Below the pieces are notes generated by a model, which worked only from the letters and a program-made list of their open reading frames with translations, had not been told where the DNA came from and did not search any database. Below, one piece after another: positions 54,110 through 63,143 of a DNA stretch of 64,000 nt. The translations under genes were made by a program, and so were the position numbers. Within the stretch, counting starts at the first letter, position 1; each line of letters opens with the position of its first letter. Source of the stretch: Oscillospiraceae bacterium (GTDB lineage Bacteria > Bacillota > Clostridia > Oscillospirales > Ruminococcaceae); the NCBI GenBank assembly GCA_021200775.1, contig JAJQGB010000016.1, positions 191,575 to 255,574 of the forward strand, read 5' to 3'.

Positions 54110-55027
54110 TCAAAGCGTATCCGGCGGGATTCTCTTGTTGTCGGGGTCCTGGTCGGTTGTGCTTTTGCCGGTGTTCTTATCGGCGTAAAGGTAACGATAC
54201 TCGGCAGGCGAAATCTTCTCCTGTCTCTTGAAGACGGCACAGAAGTAACTGCAATCGTTGTAGCCGACAGCCTTCGAGATGCTGTTGATGGAGAGTTTCG
54301 TGTCCATGAGAAGATTCTTCGCCTCAAAGATTCTCTTCTTTGTGAGGTGCTCAAACGGTCTCATGTTGAGGGTCTCTCTGAAGATACGGCAGATATACTG
54401 CGGCGACAGATTAACAACCTTCGCCATGTCGTTAAGCGTAATGTCCTTCATGTAGTTCTGGTCGATATAGTCCATGATGAGCTTAATCTGCTCCATGCAG
54501 TGATTCTCTCTCGGAGAAACAGGGCAGGAGATAACCTTGTTAAGCTCGATAAGGAACGAATAGATAAGGGACGAGTTGTGGTGACCCGAATGAATCTTTG
54601 TCGAGTGAATGGTCCTTAACATCTTCTCCCAGATTCTCTCGATTGAAGAAAGGTCGCCGGTTCTGAAAACAACAGGCTTTGAAAGCCCCAAGCTCTCCAA
54701 AATCGGTTCACATGCGGCACCCGAGAAGGACACCCAGTGAGTTTCCCAATCAACGCCCTCTTTTGAAAGATAGTCGTGCGGATAGTGGGCTGGAAGGAAG
54801 AAACCGGAGTTTTCGGGAACCCTGTACTCCTCGCCATCGATTGTTAGGATTCCTTCACCTTTAGCTGTATATATTACCTGGTTGTAAACGTGCCCGGTCG
54901 GTCTGACGCAATGCCTTTCCGGGTCGGTCGAGCCAACACCAGTTACATACAGCGGCAGATTAACCTCGTCACCTAAAAGTGCAAAATAAAATTCCTGCAA
55001 TGCTGACACCTCCAAATGCAAATTCAT
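54110..55027 (-). CDS. AraC family transcriptional regulator (cupin + HTH)
   Basis: The C-terminal tandem HTH contains LNDMAKVVNLSPQYICRIFRE and ISKAVGYNDCSYFCAVFKR. The true start may be TTG at 55000, behind TGGAGGTG. Confidence 0.8.
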   Translation of the reverse strand: MNLHLEVSALQEFYFALLGDEVNLPLYVTGVGSTDPERHCVRPTGHVYNQVIYTAKGEGILTIDGEEYRVPENSGFFLPAHYPHDYLSKEGVDWETHWVSFSGAACEPILESLGLSKPVVFRTGDLSSIERIWEKMLRTIHSTKIHSGHHNSSLIYSFLIELNKVISCPVSPRENHCMEQIKLIMDYIDQNYMKDITLNDMAKVVNLSPQYICRIFRETLNMRPFEHLTKKRIFEAKNLLMDTKLSINSISKAVGYNDCSYFCAVFKRQEKISPAEYRYLYADKNTGKSTTDQDPDNKRIPPDTL

Positions 55028-55179
55028 ATTTTTTGACGTAACAATAGGATATCACTATTTTCGACAAAAGTCAATATAATTTCAAGCGATTTTTGAGAAA
55101 AAAGTTTTGAAAATCCCGCAAGCAAGCCATTTTATAAATTGAGCACGACACAAATAAGATGTGAAAATATTTCATTCGT

Positions 55180-57093
55180 TCAGTCTTGCATTTCAAGCCA
55201 TTGGTCCATCAGTTCGCTGAGTTCGTTTTTCTTGTCTTCAAGTGACTGACACAGCTCAGTCATTTTTTGATAATCAGAAGCAATTTCCGGCTGACAAATC
55301 AGTTCTTCCGTCTCGGAAATCTCTTTTTCAAGGTTAGAAATCTTTTTTTCGAGCTCCGAAATCTCCTGCTTTTTTCTCACGTCCTCAGCACGCTGTGATT
55401 TTGTGCGGTACTGCTTTTTCTCTATAGGTTTCGGAGAGGGAACTGCCGCCTTCATCTCATCAGCCTTTTCAATTTCTCTTGCCCTGAGATAGTCGTCGTA
55501 GTTGCCCTTGTACTCATAAGCCTTTCCGTCACGGATTTCGACAACCCTGTCGGCAATCTTGTTGAGTAAATACCTGTCGTGCGATACAAAGAGAATCGTT
55601 CCGATAAAATCCTTCAGAGCATCTTCCAGCACTTCTTTTGTAGAGATGTCGAGATGGTTTGTCGGCTCATCGAGAACCAGGAAGTTTCCACGCTTCAATG
55701 ACATCAGCGCAAAGCTCAATTTCGTCTTTTCTCCGCCACTGATGACTCCGACCTCCTTGAAGACGTTTTCTCCCGTGAGAAGAACGCTTCCGAGAACGCT
55801 TCTCACTTCGTAGTCGGTCATCCGTGGGTACCGGTGGTGAATCTCCTCGATGACTGTATTATTCGGATTCAGATATTCGTTTTTCTGGTCGTAATAGGCA
55901 ATCTTCACATTCTGAGCCCAGGTGATTCTGCCTTTCGTGTGAGGATTTATGCCCTGAATGGTCTTTAAGATTGTAGTCTTTCCGGTTCCGTTTTTACCGA
56001 TAATTCCGACTTTATCTCCTCTTCTCATATTGAGAGAAAAGCTTTCAAGAAGCACCTTCCCGCCAGCTGAGATGTCGACATTTTCCGCCGAGAAAACCTC
56101 CTTCGGCGGTTCGATGTCGTATTCGAGCCTGATTTTTGCCGACTTCTCATACATCTTCGGCTTCTCGACAGCGTTCTCGACAATTCTGTCTAGCATGTGT
56201 TGCTTCGATTTCGCCGCTTTCGCACTCGTGGCACTGACACGGTTCTTGTCGATGAAGAACTGTAGCTCTTTTATCTTCTCCTGCTCCGCTTCGTAGAGCT
56301 TTTCCTGCCGAAGGTTGTCCTCACGCTTTTGCTTGACATAAAAGCTGTAGTTTCCGCTGTAGGATTTCAGCCTGCCGTTTTCAATTTCGCAGATTCTCGT
56401 GCAGACCTTGTCCAAGAAATATCTGTTGTGCGAGACAACCAGGATTGCACCCTTGTAGTCGAGTAAATAATCTTCAAGCCATGTCATCGTGTCCAAGTCA
56501 AGATGGTTCGTCGGCTCATCAAGGATAAGTAAAGACGGCGATTCAAGAAGAAGCTTTGCCAAAGAAAGCCTTGTCCTTTCTCCACCCGAAAGGGAATTGA
56601 CAGACCGTGTCAAATCCAGTCCCGAAAATCCCATTCCGTTAAGAACCGTTTTAATCTTGACGTCAATTAAATAGCCTTCGTTGTTCTCAAAGTGCGTGCT
56701 GACCGACGAATATTCAGCTTCTACCTTTTCTCGCTCAATGTCAGAAAGATTGCCGGAAAGTGCCTCTTCAAGCTCCACCATTCTTTCATGCTCTCTGTCG
56801 AGCTCTGCAAATGGCTTGCGCATTTCTTCAGCAACCGAACATTCCGCCGAAAGACCGACGCCCTGCTCCAGATATCCTATACGGCAGTTTCCGGAAAAGC
56901 TGAGTCTGCCCTCATTTTCCGGCGATGGGTCGAAGCCCAGGTTTCCGGTGATGATTGAGAGAAGCGTGGTCTTCCCACAGCCATTTCTCCCGACAAGACC
57001 GACTCTTTCGCCTTCATTGATGGTAAAATTGATGCCTTTTAAAAGCGGCTCTCCGTTAAAATATTTCCAAATGTTATCAAGTGTACAAAGCAT
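55180..57093 (-). CDS. ABC-F family ATPase (two ABC domains, C-terminal coiled coil; translation-factor type)
   Basis: GRNGCGKTT / LSGGERTR / LILDEPTNHLD and GKNGTGKTT / ISGGEKTK / LVLDEPTNHLD. No TM domain. Confidence 0.85.
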   Translation of the reverse strand: MLCTLDNIWKYFNGEPLLKGINFTINEGERVGLVGRNGCGKTTLLSIITGNLGFDPSPENEGRLSFSGNCRIGYLEQGVGLSAECSVAEEMRKPFAELDREHERMVELEEALSGNLSDIEREKVEAEYSSVSTHFENNEGYLIDVKIKTVLNGMGFSGLDLTRSVNSLSGGERTRLSLAKLLLESPSLLILDEPTNHLDLDTMTWLEDYLLDYKGAILVVSHNRYFLDKVCTRICEIENGRLKSYSGNYSFYVKQKREDNLRQEKLYEAEQEKIKELQFFIDKNRVSATSAKAAKSKQHMLDRIVENAVEKPKMYEKSAKIRLEYDIEPPKEVFSAENVDISAGGKVLLESFSLNMRRGDKVGIIGKNGTGKTTILKTIQGINPHTKGRITWAQNVKIAYYDQKNEYLNPNNTVIEEIHHRYPRMTDYEVRSVLGSVLLTGENVFKEVGVISGGEKTKLSFALMSLKRGNFLVLDEPTNHLDISTKEVLEDALKDFIGTILFVSHDRYLLNKIADRVVEIRDGKAYEYKGNYDDYLRAREIEKADEMKAAVPSPKPIEKKQYRTKSQRAEDVRKKQEISELEKKISNLEKEISETEELICQPEIASDYQKMTELCQSLEDKKNELSELMDQWLEMQD

Positions 57094-57290
57094 TTTTCGT
57101 CCTCGTGAGTACTGATTCTGAGAATTTCAGGTTTAATATTTTCTCTGTAGATATGGCTGTCAGTAATAAAAAACTGACTTGCATAGCGGTTTCAAATGTG
57201 GTAAATTTGAATTGTAATAAGAAAGTCAAGAGAAATCCCTTCAAGTTATGATTACAAGTTACCTCAACATATATATTTTGGTGTTTCCCC

Positions 57291-57335
57291 GTTCAAAAGA
57301 GAAAGCAAGGCAGTCCATTTTTTGGGCTGCTTTGC
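57291..57335 (-). terminator. terminator hairpin after the AraC gene
   Basis: About 15-bp imperfect stem AAAGCAAAGCAGCCC / GGACTGCCTTGCTTT, then CTCTTTT on the minus strand. Confidence 0.55.
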
Positions 57336-57354
57336 TTTTTGTCTTAAACAGGAG

Positions 57355-58233
57355 TCAATCGTCGTTCTCTTCTGATTTCTCGGGCTCTGGCTTCTTCTTA
57401 GCCGGATTCATGAACGACTCACGATACTCGGTCGGCGGCATACCTTCAAGCTCCTTGAACCGTCTGTTGAAGCTACGGATGCTGGAAAATCCACATTCAT
57501 ATGCAATCTCCGACATCGGTTTAAGGGTACTTATAAGCATCGTTTTCGCCATAGCGATTCTCTTGGTGCCTATGTAGTGGTTCAGGGTCATGTTGAAGTT
57601 CTTTGAGAATACGCTCGAAACATAGCAGGGAACTATGTTGAGAGCCTTCGCAATGCTCTTCAGCGACAAATCGGAGGTGATGTTGTCGTCGACATAGGCA
57701 AGAAGCTTTCTGCAAACCTGATAGCTCGAAAGTCTTTCTTCTCTCTCCTCGAATTCTCCGCCGGAGTATGCCGGCATCATTCCCGAAAGAAGAACCGACA
57801 GAAGTCCCTTGACAACAGTCTTTCCGACGTTGTATTCGTGGGAGAATTCAATTAAGAAGGGAATCTGAGCCAGAGCAAACTTCGGGCATCTTTCCTTGTC
57901 AAGAACGACAAACGGCGTCTTGGTGCTCTCAAAGAACGACATGAAGTCGAGTAGGAAGTCCGTTCCGAAAATGAACGTGCTTGCTGAGCCGGGAAGAGTG
58001 TACTGAATCGAATGAATGGTGTGCGGGCATATCAGTACTCCGTTGCCGGCACTGATAGTGAGCTCACGGTTGTCAATCATGAACCTAACTTCGCCGCTTT
58101 CCACGATGACAAGCTCGACTTGACTGTGTAGGTGTCCACTCGTCGTGATGTCCCTGGTTGTGAAGGAGACAATTCCGTATTTCGCAACCTGTTCGTTCCA
58201 CTCCTCGTACTTAAAATCTGCTGTGTCTTTCAT
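57355..58233 (-). CDS. AraC family transcriptional regulator
   Basis: C-terminal HTHs LKSIAKALNIVPCYVSSVFSK and SEIAYECGFSSIRSFNRRFKE. I prefer the start at 58233, behind AAGGAGGAA. Promoter TTGAAA-17-TATAAT lies upstream on the minus strand. Confidence 0.8.
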   Translation of the reverse strand: MKDTADFKYEEWNEQVAKYGIVSFTTRDITTSGHLHSQVELVIVESGEVRFMIDNRELTISAGNGVLICPHTIHSIQYTLPGSASTFIFGTDFLLDFMSFFESTKTPFVVLDKERCPKFALAQIPFLIEFSHEYNVGKTVVKGLLSVLLSGMMPAYSGGEFEEREERLSSYQVCRKLLAYVDDNITSDLSLKSIAKALNIVPCYVSSVFSKNFNMTLNHYIGTKRIAMAKTMLISTLKPMSEIAYECGFSSIRSFNRRFKELEGMPPTEYRESFMNPAKKKPEPEKSEENDD

Positions 58234-58375
58234 AGTGTAAATGTTCCTCCTTGCGGAAATCATCTGGTCGAATCCTGCCGCAAAATAATTTCTGCGTAAT
58301 TATAGCATAATAAATTGTGACTTTCAAGCTCAGAAGGCGCTAACATCCGATATTTAGTGACAATATCCTATAAAA

Positions 58376-59779
58376 TTACTCCATGCCGAAATACTTGGCG
58401 GCATTTTTGTAACTGATGCCCTCGATGATGTCTTTAAGAGCCTTTTCATCATTCGGATATTCTCCGTTTTCGACCCATTCGCCGACGATGTCGCAGAGAA
58501 TTCTTCTGAAGTATTCGTGCCTTGTGTACGAAAGGAAGCTTCTTGAATCAGTGAGCATACCGACGAAGTTGCCGAGAAGTGACAAACTTGCCAGCGAGCG
58601 CATGTGTGCGTCCATTCCGACCTTTGAATCCTGGAACCACCAAGCCGCACCGTGCTGAATCTTGCCCATAGCTTCGGTGCCCTGGAAACTTCCAATAATC
58701 GTGTCAATCATGGCGTTGTCGCCCGGGTTGAGGGAATATACAATTGTCTTTGGAAGCTTATTGTTCAAATCAAGAGCATTCAGGAATCCCGCAAGCTCTT
58801 TTGAGTTGTCTTTTGTAAGAATACAGTCAAAGCCGGTGTCGGCACCGATGGAGTTAAAGAGTCGGGTGTTGGCACTTCTCTGAACGCCGAAGTGAAGTTG
58901 CATGACGATATTTTTCTCGGCATACTGCTCGCCTAGATAAAGAAGAATAGCCGTCTTGTACTTGTCCGCCTCTTCCATAGTTGCTTTTCCGCCGTTCATG
59001 ACTTTCTGGAATATTTCTTCGACTTCTTCATCCGAGGCAGGCGAGTAGACCATATAGTCGATTCCGTGGTCGGTAGCGAGGCAGCCGTGCGCAATAAAGT
59101 GGTCGAGCCGAAGCCCCAAAGCCTTCTTGACGTCTTCAGCAGATTTTATGTCAACTCCCGAAGCTTCAGCCAAAGCGTGGATATATTCGCAGAATCCGGC
59201 TTTTTCTATGTTGACAGCTTTATCAGGGCGGAATGACGGACAGACCTTCGTCTCAAAGCTCTTGTCAGAGGCAATCTTTTCGTGCCATTCAAGGCTGTCA
59301 ATCGGATCGTCGGTTGTTCCTATCATCTTGACATTTGAGCGTGAGATGATTCCTCTTGCACTCATATCCGGGTCTTTCAGCTTCTCGTTGCAGAGCTTGT
59401 AAACCTCGGGAGCAGTTTCAGCGTTGAGAATCCCGTCATAGCCGAAATATCTCTTCAGTTCAAGGTGAGTCCAGTGATACATCGGATTCCCAATAGCCTT
59501 CGGAAGTGCCTCGGCGAATCTTAAAAACTTTGTGTAATCGTCAGCGTCGCCGGTGATTTCAGACTCGGGAGTACCGTTCGAGCGAATCATTCGCCATTTG
59601 TAATGATCTCCTCCAAGCCAGATTTCGGTTATGCTGTCGAATCTCTTATCCTCATAAATCTCCTTCGGGCTGATGTGGCAGTGATAGTCGATAATCGGCA
59701 TATTTTCGGCGTAAGTGTGATAAAGATGCTTCGCCGTCTCCGAATGAAGCATGAAATCCTCGTTAATGAATGTATACAT
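58376..59779 (-). CDS. uxaC: glucuronate isomerase
   Basis: FMLHSETAKHLYH..MPIIDYHCHISPKEI..LGGDHYKWR, and 467 aa. Confidence 0.9.
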   Translation of the reverse strand: MYTFINEDFMLHSETAKHLYHTYAENMPIIDYHCHISPKEIYEDKRFDSITEIWLGGDHYKWRMIRSNGTPESEITGDADDYTKFLRFAEALPKAIGNPMYHWTHLELKRYFGYDGILNAETAPEVYKLCNEKLKDPDMSARGIISRSNVKMIGTTDDPIDSLEWHEKIASDKSFETKVCPSFRPDKAVNIEKAGFCEYIHALAEASGVDIKSAEDVKKALGLRLDHFIAHGCLATDHGIDYMVYSPASDEEVEEIFQKVMNGGKATMEEADKYKTAILLYLGEQYAEKNIVMQLHFGVQRSANTRLFNSIGADTGFDCILTKDNSKELAGFLNALDLNNKLPKTIVYSLNPGDNAMIDTIIGSFQGTEAMGKIQHGAAWWFQDSKVGMDAHMRSLASLSLLGNFVGMLTDSRSFLSYTRHEYFRRILCDIVGEWVENGEYPNDEKALKDIIEGISYKNAAKYFGME

Positions 59780-59921
59780 ATAAGAACTCCTCCGTATCTA
59801 CTTGATTTGAGATTATTATACATCATTCCGCCCGACCTTTCAATAGTTATGGCGAAAAATAGTAGACAAAAAGCCTGAAATGATTTATAATGATACTATA
59901 AAGATAATGGGGGATTCAGTT

Positions 59922-60632
59922 ATGGCAGACAGTACAAACATCCATGCAGGGCACCGTGGCAGACTAAAAGACATCTTCGCTTCCGACGGCATAACAGCTC
60001 TGACCGACGAAAGAGCTCTCGAAATGCTCCTGTTCTATGTAATTCCACGCTCGGACACCTATCCGCTTGCTTGCAGGCTAATCGATACTTTCGGAAGCCT
60101 CAGAGCCGTTCTCTCAGCATCGCCGGAGGAGCTTAAAACCGTCAACGGCTTCGGTGACAGTTGTGTATTGTTCCTTGACTTTGTCCATCAGCTTTTTGAA
60201 CGTCTCTCTGAGGACGAAATGCGTGAATACAAAACTCCCGAGGAGATGAGATATAATTCTCCCGACGACCTTAGCAATTATTTCGTCGATAAGCTCTCGA
60301 ATTGCCCGATTGAGCAGGCGTGGCTTGTCTGCTTTGACGGGGATATGTATCTTAAACATGCCTATCTTTTGGGAGAAGGAACCGCAACCACAGTCGCCTT
60401 CAATCCGCAGAACGTCATAAAGTTCGTCAACGAATCAGGGTGTAAGGTCTGTGCCATCGGGCACAACCATCCGACAGAAGGACCAGAACCATCAAATCAG
60501 GACATAAGCTCGACAATCCAGCTCAAAGCTCTCCTGAAAAAAGAGGGAATAACCCTCATGGAACACATTATCGTCGGCAACGGAAGAGCCCGGGGCATAG
60601 TCACCGACGGAATCGAGCAGATGCTCCGTTGA
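59922..60632 (+). CDS. radC: RadC-like JAB/MPN domain protein
   Basis: HAGHRGRLKD N-terminus and the JAMM motif IGHNHPTEGPEPSNQD. I prefer the start at 59922, behind GGGGGA. TATAAT at 59885-59890 lies inside the longer track ORF. Confidence 0.8.
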   Translation: MADSTNIHAGHRGRLKDIFASDGITALTDERALEMLLFYVIPRSDTYPLACRLIDTFGSLRAVLSASPEELKTVNGFGDSCVLFLDFVHQLFERLSEDEMREYKTPEEMRYNSPDDLSNYFVDKLSNCPIEQAWLVCFDGDMYLKHAYLLGEGTATTVAFNPQNVIKFVNESGCKVCAIGHNHPTEGPEPSNQDISSTIQLKALLKKEGITLMEHIIVGNGRARGIVTDGIEQMLR

Positions 60633-60648
60633 AATACTCTATAACAAC

Positions 60649-60678
60649 AAGCCCGAGGCAACCCGGGCTTCTTTTTTT
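60649..60678 (+). terminator. intrinsic terminator
   Basis: Stem AAGCCCG / CGGGCTT, then CTTTTTTT. Confidence 0.75.
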
Positions 60679-60694
60679 CGGAAAAATACGAAAA

Positions 60695-60767
60695 ACTAAA
60701 AATTTAGTATTGACAAACTCATACTAAGAGTGTAGAATATAGACATAGAGCATACTAAAACTTTAGA
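60695..60767 (+). promoter_or_regulatory. BlaI-type promoter/operator region
   Basis: Dyad ACTAAA-AA-TTTAGT (60695-60708) abuts TTGACA (60710-60715). After 17 nt comes TAGAAT (60733-60738). A second dyad, CTAAA-AC-TTTAG, lies at 60755-60766. Confidence 0.55.
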
Positions 60768-60792
60768 ATATAATTCACAGGAGGATTTCACC

Positions 60793-61149
60793 ATGGCAAA
60801 ATTCACAGACGCAGAGTTAAAGGTAATGAACGTAATCTGGCACGACGGCGACTGCTCTGCCAAGCATATTGCCGACGTTCTTTCGGAATCCGTCGGCTGG
60901 CACATCAACACCACCTACACTATCATTCACAAGTGCATCGAAAAGGGTGCTATCGAAAGAGAAGACCCGAGGTTCATCTGTCACGCCGCCGTTTCCCGTG
61001 AGGAAGCCCGGGCTGATATGACCGAAGACCTTGTCAATAAGCTCTACGACGGCTCTAAAAACAGTCTCTTTGCCGCACTTTTGGGAAAAGATACTCTCAG
61101 CGACGAACAAATCGCAAAGCTCCGCCGAATTGTTGCGGAAATGGAGTAA
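60793..61149 (+). CDS. BlaI/MecI/CopY family transcriptional repressor
   Basis: MAKFTDAELKVMNVIWHDGDCSAKHIADVL...TTYTIIHKCIEKGAIERE winged helix, and 118 aa. Confidence 0.85.
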   Translation: MAKFTDAELKVMNVIWHDGDCSAKHIADVLSESVGWHINTTYTIIHKCIEKGAIEREDPRFICHAAVSREEARADMTEDLVNKLYDGSKNSLFAALLGKDTLSDEQIAKLRRIVAEME

Positions 61150-61152
61150 GCA

Positions 61153-62583
61153 GTGACTCTCACTCTTCTTGAAATGACCCTGACGGGCGGAGTTCTGATA
61201 CTTCTTGTCCTTCTTATCCGTGCGATATTTCTCAATCGCCTGCCGAAAACCGCATTCATAATAATGTGGGTGGTGGTTCTTATTCGCCTTCTGGTTCCTG
61301 TCAGCTTTGTGGAAATTTTCGGCTCAACCGAGGTCGACTCTTCCACAGTTGAGACCATCTTTACCGAACAGACCGCAGAAGCTTCTCCAAATATCACGAC
61401 CACCAAAGAGACCTACACATTCGAGGACGTCGCCGCCATCGCCGAAGCATCGAAGCAGGCAAATGTCTTCCGCATAGTCTGGCTCGCCGGTGCGATAATT
61501 TGCGCCATAGTCCTCGCCACGCTCTACACACTCAATATCCGAAGATTCAACAAATCCGAGAATCTTGAATCAGACTTCATAGCCTCTTTCCAAAGCTCCA
61601 ACAAGCTTCGCAGAACTGTAACAGTCAAGCTGAGCGACAAAACGACAACGCCCTTGACCTACGGCATAATCCATCCGGTGATTCTATTGCCGTCAGGCAT
61701 GGATTTAAGCGACCAAAAGCAACTCAGATATGTTCTTATGCACGAATACATCCACATCCGCAAGCTAGATAATCTTCTGAAAGGCATCTCGAGTGCGGCA
61801 GTGTGCATCCATTGGTTTAATCCACTTGTGTGGGTGATGAATAAATTTTTATCGAGAGATATCGAGCTACGGTGCGATGAAGCTCTCTTAAAGCAATGCG
61901 ACTCTGATTGCAGAGCCGATTATGCCCTCACTCTTATTGACCTCGAAGACAAGCGCCGTGGCTATGCATTTGGCACAGCCTTCGCAAAAGAGCCCTCCGA
62001 AGAGCGCATAACCGCCATCATGAAGTTCAAGCCGACTTCAATTTGCAGTATTGCTATAGCCGCAGTCCTGATTATAGTTATAGTTGCCCTTGCCTTTACA
62101 GGACAGATAGGCACTAAAACTCCCTCTGACGAAATAACCAATGTGGAAATCGTCTCGCTTCTTGACGACTATTTCGACTGGGTATACTTCGCAAAGTTCT
62201 CAGCTCCCAATGTTGACCAGGCTGACAGCTATGTGGTCGCTGGAACAACCTATTACCATGTTCTGGACGAAGATTTTGACACCTGGGCAGAAGTAGTGGA
62301 CTATGCTTCGGGCATCTTCTGCGGAGAGATGTCGGCGTACGAGGACAGCGGCGAATGGTCGGGCTATCTTGACGTCAACGGCGCCGCCTATAACAGCAAC
62401 GTCACCAGCCCGAACGGGGATTATCCCTACACAGACGAATACACCTATGAAATACTAAGAAACGCCGAAGGCAGAGCCCTCATCACTGTGGACAACCCGA
62501 GTTCAACCGGCGAAAACTCATTGCATCAAGTTCTGACCTTCTCGCTGACCGAGAACGGCTGGCGCATCGGCGACGACTACTAA
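61153..62583 (+). CDS. M56 (BlaR1-like) membrane metalloprotease-sensor with a C-terminal IseA-like domain
   Basis: HEXXH as MHEYIHIRKLD. N-terminal TMs. The C-terminal approximately 150 aa is paralogous to the lipoprotein at 62602-63129. GTG start. Confidence 0.75.
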   Translation: MTLTLLEMTLTGGVLILLVLLIRAIFLNRLPKTAFIIMWVVVLIRLLVPVSFVEIFGSTEVDSSTVETIFTEQTAEASPNITTTKETYTFEDVAAIAEASKQANVFRIVWLAGAIICAIVLATLYTLNIRRFNKSENLESDFIASFQSSNKLRRTVTVKLSDKTTTPLTYGIIHPVILLPSGMDLSDQKQLRYVLMHEYIHIRKLDNLLKGISSAAVCIHWFNPLVWVMNKFLSRDIELRCDEALLKQCDSDCRADYALTLIDLEDKRRGYAFGTAFAKEPSEERITAIMKFKPTSICSIAIAAVLIIVIVALAFTGQIGTKTPSDEITNVEIVSLLDDYFDWVYFAKFSAPNVDQADSYVVAGTTYYHVLDEDFDTWAEVVDYASGIFCGEMSAYEDSGEWSGYLDVNGAAYNSNVTSPNGDYPYTDEYTYEILRNAEGRALITVDNPSSTGENSLHQVLTFSLTENGWRIGDDY

Positions 62584-62601
62584 AAGAAAGAAGGAATCAT
62601 T

Positions 62602-63129
62602 ATGAAGAAACTAATTTGCACACTTTTGGCACTTACCATGCTTTTAACACTCTGCTCCTGCGGAGCAACAGAAGAGGCAACCACCGACGACACCATAACC
62701 GACGAGGAGATAGTCGCTCTCATAGATGGTGATATTCAGATTGGCAAGTACCTATATGTTTACTGTCCGAGCACCGACTGGGACAATGCGGTTGAGTACG
62801 AGGGAAAGATATGGTATCCGGTCAATCAAGAGGGCTTGGAAACCTGGGACGGGTGGGAAGCCTATATCCGCTCTGTCTACTGCGGTGAAATGGCTGAATA
62901 TGCACTCAGCAACGAGAGCTATAAGAACATTGACGGCAAGCTCTATTGCGATAATGGTGAAAGAGGCTACGACCTTACAGACGATTATGTCTACGAGATT
63001 CTCGAAAACGGCGATGGTGAAGCAAAAGTAAAAGTGACTAATCCCGGCATTGACGGCGATTTCGCACAAGAATACACTCTTATAATGACCCTGACCGACG
63101 ACGGCTGGCGTGTTAGTAGTCAAGAATAA
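62602..63129 (+). CDS. lipoprotein with an IseA-like (DL-endopeptidase inhibitor-like) domain
   Basis: Lipobox LLTLCSCG. WEAYIRSVYCGEMAEYALSNESYKNIDGKLYCDNGERGYDL...LTDDGWRV. The family call is from motif memory. Confidence 0.55.
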   Translation: MKKLICTLLALTMLLTLCSCGATEEATTDDTITDEEIVALIDGDIQIGKYLYVYCPSTDWDNAVEYEGKIWYPVNQEGLETWDGWEAYIRSVYCGEMAEYALSNESYKNIDGKLYCDNGERGYDLTDDYVYEILENGDGEAKVKVTNPGIDGDFAQEYTLIMTLTDDGWRVSSQE

Positions 63130-63143
63130 AGGAGAAAAAATTT

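Noticed and set aside
57120-57230. 33-codon uORF (MQVSFLLLTAISTEK...) upstream of the ABC-F gene as an ARE-type attenuation leader
   Set aside because: No SD precedes its ATG, only a weak 5-bp hairpin is present, and it overlaps the main start out of frame. The evidence is not sufficient.
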